Below, piece after piece: positions 12,768 through 37,067 of a stretch of 64,000 nt of DNA (position 1 is its first letter; each line of letters starts with the position of its first letter). This stretch comes from Zygnema circumcarinatum SAG 698-1b (lineage: Eukaryota; Plantae; Zygnematophyceae), in NCBI GenBank assembly GCA_037447605.1, contig CM074815.1:1550001-1614000 (forward strand), in the 5' to 3' direction. A program made the translations under genes and the position numbers. The notes under the pieces were generated by a model, which did no database searches, was not told the DNA's origin, and saw nothing but the letters and a program-made list of their open reading frames with translations.

Positions 12768-12845
12768 CCAGTTCCTCGTGGTTCCCCATGCTGCTTTTGT
12801 CCATGTACATTTGATGGCATCATCGCCATCGTGAGTTCAATGCCA
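12768..12845 (+). repeat. 78-bp dispersed repeat, copy A
   Basis: 74/78 identical to 61167-61244 by manual alignment; partial third copy at 53939-53972. Confidence 0.9.
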
Positions 12846-13751
12846 TTTTCCCCTACTTCTCTATTTTGTTAACGTACCTGGCAAACCAAGGCCACTAAAA
12901 CTGCGCACCCATCATTGCTTTTCCTCACAATCCCATCCCGCAGTGGGGCACATTGCCACTCATCTCCGCTACAGACCATTCTTCTGCTAAACAACCGCAG
13001 TTTTCCCGGAATCATATTTTAACATACGGTAACATCAAACCCAAAAAACATCATTTGCGTGTTGTAAGAATCCACAGCCTTTGGAAGAACATTAATAAAA
13101 ACTCGTCATTAAAATCACCAATAATCATTATTTTCTCTCTTTTGACAACACTTATTATCACTTACCTTGATAAAGTCACAAGGGGTTTAAGTATTATGTA
13201 TTAATAATAATTGATCGTTGCGTTTTGCTGGCTCCAAGGTATGAAGGCACAGCTAGGCCAGAAGAAGTTAAAAATGATAATTTTGATACACAACAGTTTT
13301 GCTTGATGACAATTATTGCTGCTGCTGTTGCTGCATTTGGTTTAGTACTCTCTAGTTCTGTAGTTTCTCATATATGCTCTATCTTCCACTGATTTTTTTG
13401 TTTGACATGCCATCTGCCTTTTACTTTCTACCGTTTACTATTTGTTTTCTGCGTATTCATTCTACAGTTTGTTTTGTTTTCTGCCATGCGCTCTTTTGCC
13501 TTATCGCCCTGTCTCCTTAATTCTTTCTGCCCATTGCTTGATGCCCGCTGCCTGTCGCTCGCTGCGCAAATCCGGCGAATGTCGACATAGAAAGCCTTAA
13601 ATTACAGTTCCCGTTCTAGGAGAGCGTTCGAGTTCTGTGCAAGCACGGAATGCGCCGAATGCTTCCCAACCACCTCCTCTCTTGGGTTTTGCAGATTTAG
13701 GGTTTCTGGTTATTAGGGTCTTTGATTTTAGGGTTTCTAGTTTTGTCTGCC

Positions 13752-13813
13752 GCTGCCCGCTGCCCGCTGCCCGCTGCCCGCTGCCCGCTGCCCGCTGCCC
13801 GCTGCCCGCTGCC
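13752..13813. repeat. (GCTGCCC)n tandem repeat, about 9 copies
   Basis: Directly visible perfect 7-mer array. Confidence 0.95.
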
Positions 13814-14042
13814 AAACTCAAGATGGGGAACCACGAGGTAACCAACCGGTCGCGAAGGCCTAGGGACTCCAGAAAGGCCAAAGTCTATGAGCGCAGTTCC
13901 CCGTCCCCCCCCAACAGTTCCATGCAGTGAGTCTGTCCGTGAATGACGAGGTGGTGGTTCGAATATCTTCAAGACGGCCGTACAAGGGGAAGCGCACCAC
14001 CGTACGAACGAGCGGTCTGGACGCGCCACGTGTCTGGCGATA

Positions 14043-14072
14043 TTAGGGTTAGGGTTAGGGTTAGGGTTAGGG
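14043..14072 (+). repeat. Interstitial (TTAGGG)5 array within a telo-box-rich upstream region
   Basis: Five perfect TTAGGG units; additional single T(T)TAGGG units near 13696, 13711, 13725, 14083, 14115 and 14639. Confidence 0.95.
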
Positions 14073-14688
14073 CGCGGACGGCTTTAGGGTTCGGCTGCCG
14101 CCCGCCGACCGAAAGTTAGGGCTGCGCTGCGACCGGAGGGGCGCCCAGCGACTGGACCGGCGACGGCATTGGCGGGATCTGGAGGTGGGCCAATCACAGA
14201 GAGGAGAACGGCCACGTGGCACCAATCGAAGGTGGTTGTTACACGTGCAGTCGCTGGAGTCGTCGCTGCACGAAACAGGGTCGCAGGAGAGCGCCTGAAG
14301 GGCTGAGGTGCAGGAAGGGGTCACCTGCTGGACGGCCTGGAAGACCTAATTTCCGCCATGGCTGGCTGGCTGACTTGGTAGAGGAGGGTTTCATGCGCAT
14401 CAGGGTAGGGAGCAAGGTGGAAGCCGCGAGGAAGAAGGAAGTGTGGAAGGCGCTAATGTGTGAGGCGGAGGCGCAGGAAGGGGGAGGGAATGAGATGAAC
14501 AAGCCACCAATTGCGTTGAGGGCCGTGTTTTGGTACCGGCTGCGTGGCTTGCAATGAAATTCTTGGTACATAAGTGAAAGTGAGATAAAAAATAGGAAAA
14601 GACTGCTATCCGTGGACTTCGACGGAGGCATGCTTGGCTTTAGGGTTTTGATCTCTGTCCCTGGAGCCTGCAGTGAGCCAGGGCGGTC

Positions 14689-17600
14689 ATGGCGCAACGT
14701 TCGCAACTCCATCTCAGTTTGCCAGTTCGTGACGCTGAAGAGATGACTATGTCTCCTGTCGTGGAAATGCCATCTCCGGCGACGGCGGGGGGCTCTCTCC
14801 CTCCCCGGAAACGTCTTCTTGCTAACCTCAAGCAAAACGGTTGGGTTTCAAATGAAAATCAGTGGTCAGAGACTTCCTCTTTATCACCGCTTGGTGTTTC
14901 TTGCGGTGCGGCAGAGCCAGCAGATAACCCTAATCCTCTTCCTGTTTCAGTGAGTAGTCAGATTTCAGGTTCTGATGCGAGGCCGTCGTCTGGCCATGGC
15001 AGCCCGCTTATTTCTATCTCCAGGCCCGCCAAGCAGTGCAGCAATTGTGGGACTCGGGATTGCTCCAACTGGCGGCGGGGCAGAAAGGGTGATATGGATG
15101 TAGTTTTGTGTAACGCATGTGGTTCAAGATACAGTAAGGGCAACTTTTGCCCTCTCTGTTCCGGAATATATCCCAGCTCTTTTGACCTAGCCGACAGGGC
15201 TATTTGGCTTTCCTGTCACAGTTGCAAAAGGCACGTGCACGCTTTTTGTGAACAGAAGGCTATCGGGAAAAGCTCAATCGACCAAGCAGCGTATGTTTGC
15301 CCCGATTGTAAGCATCCAAAAAACAAAGAGCTTTCGAATGGCGTATTGTGTAGAGCTCGCTCAACTAGTTCCTCTGCTGGCAATGGTCGTAGCTCAGGCA
15401 TCAGTTTGCATCCACCCCAACGCAAAGTTAGTGGAGGAAGCTGGACGGCCCCCCCTCCTGTTTGTACTTCTGCGTCGGGGGTCCCTCCTTTTGTCGTGGA
15501 GGAGAGTCTCAGCCCTCGAAAGAAAAGGCCGAGGGGCCCGCGAGAGCCGCGGTTTCGGCATCATGATAGCCCGAAGGTCGCCCTTAGTGGTGATGGTGCT
15601 CAGGGGGTGCAGGAGGCCGACAGGGCTATTTGGCTTTCCTGTCACAGCTGCAAAAGGCACGTGCAGTCTTTTTGTGAACAGAAGGCTATCGGGAAAAGCT
15701 CAATCGACCAAGCAGCGTATGTTTGCCCCGATTGTAAGCATCCAAAGAACAAAGAGCTTTCGAATGGCGTACTGTGTAGAGCTCGCTCAACTAGTTCCTC
15801 TGCTGGCAATGTTCGTAGCTCAGGCATCAGTTTTCATCCACCCCAACGCAAAGTTAGTGGAGGAAGCTGGACGGCCCCCCCTCCTGTTTGTACTTCTGCG
15901 TCGGGGGTCCCTCCTTTTGTCGCGGAGGAGAGTCTCAGCCCTCGAAAGAAAAGGCCGAGGGGCCCGCGAGAGCCGCGGTTTCGGCATCATGGTAGCCCGA
16001 AGGTCGCCCTTAGTGGTGATGGTGCTCAGGGGGTGCAGGAGGCATGTGATGGCCAGGCAGTGCCAGCAGATAAGCCGTCTAGGGTTAGCTCGAGCAACAG
16101 TTTTGAGAAGGATTTGCCCCCTATAGACACTGCAACTGCAAAGAATAGTTTTGGTGGAGTAAGCCCCGGTCTTTCGATGGCCTCTGATCCTCCATCGCCT
16201 ACAGCGGAGGCAGCTGCTGCGGCCAGGTCTGCCGCTATTGCAGCGGCTAAAGTCGCTTCAGCAGCTAAGGAGAGATTTGCTTTGAAGGCAGCCGCGGCTG
16301 CAAAAGCAGCACTTAGGGCAAAAGTTGCTCTCGATGCGGCTGCGGCGCTTGCACGGGGTGAGGGGTACTTTATTGGAGATTTTAGAAGTGCTGTAGGTTT
16401 CAGATCTCGGTCAAGGAAAGGGAAAGCTCATGCCAATTTCGACGGCGGGCACAAAGTAGATAAAGAGTTGGAGGAGCACGCGGACGTAGAGAGGATTGAA
16501 TGTCTGGGCCTTAAGGAAGGGAATGTGGGGAGGGGCGAAGTGGGGCATAAGGTTGTATCAGGCGTGCTAGACGAGAGATCAGAGGTGGAGCAGATGATTG
16601 AAATGACGAGGGAAGAAAAGAAAGAATACAAGAAGTCAGATATTGTGAAGTTTACGGAAGAAAGCAGAGACAGAATGAAGGTAGAGGAGGAGGAGATTGT
16701 CAGAAAATGTGACAAAAAGGAAATGTTGGAGCGGGAAAATTCACACAAGGATGAGATTGATGATAAGCTTACGAAGCCCCAGGGCCGCGATGGTTACATG
16801 ACTCTTGGACAGTGCAAATCTTCACCTCACGAACCTCACAAAGACCTGAATCATGCAGGGCTTCAAGGGCAAGCAGCTGCTGCAGAACTCACAGCTGTGA
16901 GGCTGTTGGCTTTTGATATGGAGCCTGAAAGAGTTGCGAGTCCTTCTCTGAACCCTGTGCTGCATGCGACCACAACGGGACCAGCTTCAAGCGCTATTAA
17001 AGCCGAAACTCCGATATCCACCAATCCAACATCCTTGGAATTAGTCGAACGCAAATCGGAAGCAGATGGAGGGACCCGTAATGGGAATTATTTTCCTGTA
17101 TCTGCTACAGAGAAGCTTGAAGCTTTGCAGGGGGAAGAGGCAGCTCACAACAAAGAAGATGCAAGCAAGGATAGGGAGGAGGGGGAATTGCAGGAGGAAG
17201 AGCAATTCAACGCTTGTGTCTCTCAAGGCGATGTGGAAATGAAGGAGCAGTTTGAGGTCAAGCAGCAGGAGCTAGGGAGAGTGGAAGCGTCTGGCATTGA
17301 AGGCGATGATGGAGTTGCTTGCACAGCTGAAAATGAGTGTAAGGCAGAGGTTTTACCCTGCTTTACCCCTCCATCAGTTACGGCAGTACTGACAGCTGTC
17401 GCAGCTGATGTTGTTGCCTTGGAAGGAGAGGCTGCCAAGTTACAAGGTCAGATGGAAGATACGATTCCTTCCATGTTCACTACGCATATAGAGTTTGAGA
17501 TGGTGGCCAGTCCCACACCACCTTCTCCCTCGTCTAACCAACAACATGATCCTGCTTTGGAAGTCGACCCAGAAACTGCGAATGGGCTTTCGGTGGCTTC

Positions 17601-18396
17601 GCCGGAGCAAAATGCACCGTGTCACAATGCTGAAACAGCCATTGAAGATTGCTTTTCTCAGGATGGGGAGAATGTGAAAGGGGATGCACCGGAAGGTGCC
17701 TTTCTTGGCCCTCTTGAAAGATGGCAAGCGTTGAAGGGAGCTGCTGCTGGGGGGGTAGTGGAAGACGTTTGGGTGGATGATGGATTGTCAGATGTTAGTG
17801 AACCTGATGATGCAGTCGAGGAGATAGGAGAGGAGGTAAGGAGTGTGGTGAGACAGTCGCAAGTGACTTCTGTGCCCATCATGTCAACAGAAGTCAGCCA
17901 ATACTCGCAAGCGCCCCTGCAGGGAATGGCGGCTACGGTTGGGCTTTCTCCTACAGTGCTTGAAGGTGGTTTATCGGTCACTGCAGGGCAGTTTGGTTTG
18001 AGCCAAGTGAAGACTGGAAATGTTTGCAGTCGTGATGGTCAGAATGGTGCCTTTTCAGCAGAAATGGATGAATGTGAAGATATGGATGTCGATGTCGAAG
18101 GAGTTACGGAAGAGCGCAGACAGCCTCGTTGCTTTACGGAAGTGGATGTCACTGGAGGGATTCCTCCTTTGGTCGGGAGTTACAGTGACATTCCTTCATA
18201 TGAAGGGGTGGACATCCCCGCAGCGCCGCCCCCACCCCCCCCTTTACCACCACCTTCACCACCTCCCCCTCCTCCTCCATCTCCTCCTCCTCCACCTCCT
18301 CCACCTCCACTTGGCATGGAGACGCAGGAACAGGCTTTCTCACGTGTGCTCGACTCGGCAGCGTTGCCAACCATTTCTCAAACTGGTTGGGCCTGA
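14689..18396 (+). CDS. 1235-aa protein with GATA-type zinc finger and PHD finger, Ala-rich helix, acidic disordered region and poly-Pro tail; single long ORF
   Basis: CSNC-X20-CNAC with WRRG (GATA type), directly followed by KGNFCPLC...CHSCKRHVHAFC...YVCPDC (C4HC3 PHD). Uninterrupted 3.7-kb frame. Confidence 0.85.
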   Translation: MAQRSQLHLSLPVRDAEEMTMSPVVEMPSPATAGGSLPPRKRLLANLKQNGWVSNENQWSETSSLSPLGVSCGAAEPADNPNPLPVSVSSQISGSDARPSSGHGSPLISISRPAKQCSNCGTRDCSNWRRGRKGDMDVVLCNACGSRYSKGNFCPLCSGIYPSSFDLADRAIWLSCHSCKRHVHAFCEQKAIGKSSIDQAAYVCPDCKHPKNKELSNGVLCRARSTSSSAGNGRSSGISLHPPQRKVSGGSWTAPPPVCTSASGVPPFVVEESLSPRKKRPRGPREPRFRHHDSPKVALSGDGAQGVQEADRAIWLSCHSCKRHVQSFCEQKAIGKSSIDQAAYVCPDCKHPKNKELSNGVLCRARSTSSSAGNVRSSGISFHPPQRKVSGGSWTAPPPVCTSASGVPPFVAEESLSPRKKRPRGPREPRFRHHGSPKVALSGDGAQGVQEACDGQAVPADKPSRVSSSNSFEKDLPPIDTATAKNSFGGVSPGLSMASDPPSPTAEAAAAARSAAIAAAKVASAAKERFALKAAAAAKAALRAKVALDAAAALARGEGYFIGDFRSAVGFRSRSRKGKAHANFDGGHKVDKELEEHADVERIECLGLKEGNVGRGEVGHKVVSGVLDERSEVEQMIEMTREEKKEYKKSDIVKFTEESRDRMKVEEEEIVRKCDKKEMLERENSHKDEIDDKLTKPQGRDGYMTLGQCKSSPHEPHKDLNHAGLQGQAAAAELTAVRLLAFDMEPERVASPSLNPVLHATTTGPASSAIKAETPISTNPTSLELVERKSEADGGTRNGNYFPVSATEKLEALQGEEAAHNKEDASKDREEGELQEEEQFNACVSQGDVEMKEQFEVKQQELGRVEASGIEGDDGVACTAENECKAEVLPCFTPPSVTAVLTAVAADVVALEGEAAKLQGQMEDTIPSMFTTHIEFEMVASPTPPSPSSNQQHDPALEVDPETANGLSVASPEQNAPCHNAETAIEDCFSQDGENVKGDAPEGAFLGPLERWQALKGAAAGGVVEDVWVDDGLSDVSEPDDAVEEIGEEVRSVVRQSQVTSVPIMSTEVSQYSQAPLQGMAATVGLSPTVLEGGLSVTAGQFGLSQVKTGNVCSRDGQNGAFSAEMDECEDMDVDVEGVTEERRQPRCFTEVDVTGGIPPLVGSYSDIPSYEGVDIPAAPPPPPPLPPPSPPPPPPPSPPPPPPPPPLGMETQEQAFSRVLDSAALPTISQTGWA
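15190..16043 (+). repeat. 426-bp in-frame tandem duplication (142 aa) inside the GATA-PHD ORF
   Basis: Copy 1 begins at 15190 and copy 2 at 15616 (GCCGACAGGGCTATTTGG...). I counted about 9 substitutions and no indels. Confidence 0.95.
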
Positions 18397-20686
18397 TGAT
18401 AAAGGGACTTGGTTTGGTGAGTTCCTCTCCTGATATGGACATGTTTTTGGATTTGTTCCTCAAAAGGATCCGTAAGTGTGGAAGTGAAGCTAAGCCAGCA
18501 TAGAAAGCATTTTGCAGGTTTTGCATGGAACAGTGTCTTTTCTCTTCTGCACTATAAACTTTCTGGGACCTTTAGGAAAAATAAGGAAAACAAAGAACAT
18601 AAAACATGCAATATATGTCTTACAGCTCGTGTGCAAGAATAGCTCTTCTTGTACCAGGGGTAGCCGCAATATGTAAGAGGATTCTCAACGTACATGCAAG
18701 TTTTGCAAGTTTGTAACCTGTCTCTTTCTGTCTCGTTCCATCAAGGAGTCCCTCTACTTTTTAGCGGAGTAGATGGAACAAGACAAATGCACAAGATTTG
18801 CGATATGTCGCGCATTTCCCGTATTTTCATACTACTGGCTGCAGGGCCAAGTCTTTTGTCTCGAGCACAAGATTTCCTTTACTTTTATCCTCTCATGTCT
18901 CACTTTTCGCTGCTTCAGGGCATTTTACACGACGTAGATGAATTTAATGTCACAAAATGCACGCTGTAGTTTAGGCTGACCCTCAACGATGCCTCCTCAT
19001 CAGTCTCATGTTGTTGGATAGAGTGGGCATCGGCCACATGCATGCTTCGCATGGATCAGCCCGAGAGTTATGCATAATATCTGAAGTTGGTCGTTTTGGA
19101 CTCAACTGCCTGTGAAGGTCTGCGTAAACTCAAGTCGTTGATTCATGAGTTGCTGTCTGCCAGAAGTTATCGACCAAGTCTGGTGATTGGAATTGTTCTT
19201 TGGAACTTTCCTTCGGGAAGATTTGACTTCGACTTTGCTTCGTCTGTGAAGTTTTGAAACTGATTATTTGACCAATTGCGTGAGATGAATGATGAATTAT
19301 TTTGGAGGAGGGGGGGGGGAGGGGAGGGGGACCAGCCCTGTCCTACGATGGCGTTCGATTGGTTAGCACAAGAATTGAATGATAGGTTATCGATCACATG
19401 AGCATGAGGTTAAAATTGGTGATTTGGTCAGAAGCTGTTTGTGGCTAACCTTGTTGTTGGTCTGTTGCTGCAGATACTGAAGGGCAGTGAGGTGGCGGAT
19501 GAGTCGGAAATTGGAGTCTTTGAAGTTTGCCCTGTCCTCATCGCGAGGGTGCGGCCTCCTCAATCTCTTGCCTGCAGTTTGTATGTATCTTGGGGGTAGA
19601 GGGCAGAAGCTTTTCAGCGTGCAGCCAAATGCTGATGGGCTTGCAGGGGTTAGGATTGGAGTTAGGGGCTAATATTGTAGCTGGTACAGCTATTAGGAGG
19701 ACAGGGGTTCGGTAGCTTTTTAGGACCATTACGGAGAATGATGATTGTGTTGTAGTGTGAGGAACTGCAGGCAGCCGGGTCCTTCTCTAGTTCCGAGGTT
19801 GAAGTGGGTTTGAGAAAAAGTGCAGAAAGAGGGATGGGGAAGTTGGGGTTATTGCAATCACTAAGAAGGGGGGAGCTGCAGAGCTGTTGAGAGATGAAGC
19901 TGACGGAAGTATGAGAGGGGGTAGTCAGCAAGCAGCAAAAGCAGTGCCTTTGTGTGTACAAAAACACATGTAAAGCTGTCCGAAGAGCAATGAAAGCTTT
20001 TCCTGTGAGGGCTTTTGCCCACACGTGTCCCACTTCCTCTGTTTTGTGGTTTGGCTCCATTGTCAGCACCTCCCTCTGTCTGTGTATTTCTGCCGGTTAT
20101 GCAAAGGCTAAATTTGAGCAGTTGCGGTAAACCTGGTCAGATATCCTCCTTGTTGCTCTTCCTTGGTTATCCGTCTTCTCCTCTAAAGTCGTAAAAATGT
20201 GAAAAAGAATCACTATTGCTGTGGGTTCCCAACAAAAATGGTCAGAGACAGACTTATTAGACGCTCGAATAATCTTGGTGGTATTGGTTATCCATTGTAG
20301 GACCCTTAAGCTTTTCATGGATGCCCTTCTTTGGTACGTCGTAGTTCTTTGTGCCCTCACATATGACAAGCCCAGCGTGGACTGTTTGAGCAAGTTTGAC
20401 TGACAAATTTATGATACTGTAACTTGCCAAACCAAGCCCCAGAGGCCATCTGCTTCACAGGCGATAAATTCTCGCATGCTCCTACGCACCATGGCCCCAT
20501 ACCTTGGCCGATGCGGGCTCACATTCTGCATAGTATTCCCAGAAGATTTTTCCACTTAAGAACCATGCTGACAGGGAAGCAAAATTAACGAGCACTGACT
20601 AGTTCTTATCACGACACCTGCAAATGCAAAGAGCTATGATTTCAGAACCAGAGTAAAGAGAAAATAAGCGCCATGCCATTGCCCCC

Positions 20687-20800
20687 ATGCCTCCATGCCC
20701 CCATGCCCCCATGCCCCCATGCCCCCATGCCCCCATGCCCCCATGCCCCCATGCCCCCATGCCGCCATGCCGCCATGCCGCCATGCCATGCCCCCATGCC
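20687..20800. repeat. (ATGCCCCC)n followed by (ATGCCGCC)n tandem array
   Basis: Visible 8-mer periodicity. Confidence 0.9.
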
Positions 20801-21259
20801 GAGGAACATCGGCCGTACGGTCGTAATCCGCTCCGCTGTCCGCTTAACCTGCCATACCGTACGGTTAAAGTACCGGTTTTCAAAGAGCGGCAAATATCGG
20901 ACAATATCGGCTTGCCTATCGACTGTACCGAGCCATACCGCCAAGGTGGACTCGACTGGAGGCCCGCCCCCTGCGGTCGTCGGGGGGACTAGTCCACACC
21001 TTTTAGCTGGGGGTGGGGGCAGTGCTACTGCAGCTTATTCCTGATGCGTTTGTGCCCAACTGCCCATGTCATGTCATGCCATGCCATGCACCCATGGCCT
21101 CGGACCCATATGGTTCATGACTCCACGGCTCATGGTCGTCGCATGCGATGTTCATTCTCAGAAAAAATGGAACAAACTTGCATATGGCAGAGGCGCCCAT
21201 TGATGCATGGGTGACCATGCATCCATCATCCATGGCGCTGGCGCATGGCCCCATGGCCA

Positions 21260-21289
21260 TGGGCATGGGCATGGGCATGGTGAGCATGG

Positions 21290-21357
<68 letters not shown>
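21260..21357. repeat. (GGGCAT)n hexamer array in a CATG-rich block (about 21060-21370)
   Basis: Visible hexamer array with one interruption. Confidence 0.9.
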
Positions 21358-21358
<1 letters not shown>

Positions 21359-21946
21359 GCATGCCATGCGCGGCGTGGCGGGCGGGCGCAGGGGGGCGCC
21401 GGAGCTTGCGCCACGTTGCAGGCGGCCAGCGCGATGCCCCTCCGCCCCTCCGCCCGTCGCCGGCCACGGCCCGCCGTTGCAGCGTACGGGTGCGCTGCCA
21501 CGTCACGCCGCCCGCCCGCCCTCCACCGGCCCGCCCCCGCTCTGCGCTTAGGGCTCCGCCATGGTGGTCTCCCCGCGCGTGCCTGCGCCGCCCGGCAGGG
21601 CCAGCCTGGGAGGGTGGGGGGAGGCACGGGAGGAGGATTAGGGTTTGGGGGCGGGGGGAGGGTTGGCGGGGGGGTGAGGGGGCGGAGTCAGGGCTGGAGT
21701 CTGGCAGGGTGCGGGTGCAGGATAGGGTGCTGCAGGCTGAGCAGAAGGCGCAAATCCTGCAGAAGGCCGTCGAGTTTTTCAGGGCGGAGTGAGGCGGGAG
21801 GTGTATGTATTTAGCCGACCCAGGGAAGCCTTTCAGGGAAAAGAATACACTTAGGGTGCTGTGCTCACAGCAGTTGGCAGTGCTGTTAGGTTGACCTAAT
21901 CTCAAACCCTCCCATTATAACCGCCCGCGGCTGATAGATTGCTGCA

Positions 21947-35440
<13,494 letters not shown>

Positions 35441-36185
35441 ATCATAGTCATAGATCATAGATCATCACTTCCAGAAACCGCTGCTGTGACTGCTCTTTGT
35501 AGCGTGTCTCTCATTCCCTCCGTAACCTGCTTAGGGCACAAGGCGTCAGGCTTGTATTGCGCAGCGACTCGGCTTGCTTCAGCTCCTGGAACAGCTTGCC
35601 CGCTTTCGTGAAAGCCTCTATGATTTGCTGGGATAAGGGATCCTTGATAGTTAACTGTAATTGCGACGGAGGCCTTCATGTGAATAACGTTTTTTTCCTT
35701 CAGAAGCGTAAGTGGGTTGGCGTAAAGCGCAGCACTGTGGCCCGCTCCGCCGCTGTAAAGGCAGCCAGGCGATGGCGGGGCCTCCCTCCCTCCCTCCCTC
35801 CCTCCCTCGGCGCCACTCGTACTACTTCACCCGCTTTATGCTCTTCGGAGCAGGGAAGGGCTCCCTCCCTCCCTCCCTCGCTCGCATGCTTGGGCGATAC
35901 TTCTGGCAAAACCTCCATCGAATTTCGTAAATCAATTGTTCAAGATTATTGCATCGAGCTTTTACTTTGCTTTGCTTTTTTTTTTTCTTTTCTTTTTTTC
36001 TTTTTTGAGTTTGTATACGAAGAATAAAATGTTGCCTCGACACGACGACATGCGCAGCAATGCAACGGTCATTGCGTGTCACGACGACACGTGGCGCATC
36101 CGCTGGTTATTGGCCCGTTTCCTCGTGCACATCCAACGGTCAGCATTCCTCCTTGGCGGAAGACGTGGCGCATCCAACGGTTCGG

Positions 36186-36320
36186 GGTCGGAGATCTGAG
36201 CGACATCCAATCCAACGGCGCGAATGGCAACCATTTGGAGAGGCTATCGAATGCTATGAATTGCTGGGGTCGCAAATCAATGGTTGGCAACCATTCAACG
36301 GTTGGTCCAACAGTCCGCCC
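36186..36320. mobile_element. MITE-like AACCATT/AATGGTT palindromic element, copy 1 (reverse orientation relative to 53981)
   Basis: The reverse complement of its right end, GGGCGGACTGTTGGACCAACCGTTGAATGGTTGCCAACCATTG, aligns with GGTCGGACCATTAGACCAACCATTCGACTGGTTGCCAACCATTG at 53985. Ends are GGTCGGA and GTCCGCCC. No TSD found, so mobility is inferred. Confidence 0.45.
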
Positions 36321-37067
36321 TCTGGGCACGTAGGTCTAGGGCTTGATGGTTTGTTAGGTTCGAGCCTTCTTCAGGATGTCTGCCGCTCAGTTCAGCTGCA
36401 AACGTATGTGAGGTGTGCCACTTCAAAAAAAGAACAGTTTTGACTTTTACGCCTATTAGCCTTTAGTTTCAAAAACTTTCTGACGTGAAGCTTCGGCAGT
36501 TGCGAACCCCCTCGTCACAAGACACATAAAATAATTTTAGGTTTGGTTAGGTTCAGTTTGGGCTTCGGCAATGGACACAGGCAGGCATTCGCCTTGTTGA
36601 CATTCTTAATTTACATAAATCCTTCAAAAGTACAGCGGCAAATTGGGCCATCCTCGTCGACCACTCCTACCCTCTGCTGGCTGACCTCTTTCCTGTCCCA
36701 ACACGGAGCCCTTCCAAAGGGCACAACAATATCTTAGGCTGTGGCTAGCGAAACTAAGAAACCCTTAAGATCAAAAAAAACTCTGCCGGAAGTGGTTCAT
36801 CACTATACAAGCTAGAAAGGGAAGCCATTAAAAGGAAGGGCTCTTAAATTAGCTGAATAATGTATCCTCCTAAGACTGTTGGAGAGTGAGAGAGAGGGAA
36901 GAGAGAGATATCATGCCGCCGCCAGCGAGCCTTGCTGGGAAGACTTCCGCTGCGTTCATCCCCTACCTTTGACACTGACTCGGCATGCTGATGGCATGAT
37001 GACAACAGATAGGAAAAATAAACGAAGAGCCTTCCATGGGCCCATACTGTGACAGTGTCGGCCACAC

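Noticed and set aside
12800-12860. Helitron 3' end for the 78-bp element
   Set aside because: A hairpin is present, but no CTRR terminus at the expected distance on either strand.
13945-13975. GGTTCGAAT resembling a tRNA T-loop or B-box
   Set aside because: No cloverleaf, A-box or acceptor stem around it.
21148-21792. ORFs with HGHGHG, MGMGMG, HAHAHA or CPCPCP runs resembling metal-binding peptides
   Set aside because: All are translations of one (GGGCAT)n microsatellite in different frames; there is no supporting coding context.
21690-21792. Coding-like segment RVQDRVLQAEQKAQILQKAVEFFRAE* upstream of the CHD start
   Set aside because: No credible in-frame ATG outside the microsatellite and no recognisable family; treated as 5'UTR.
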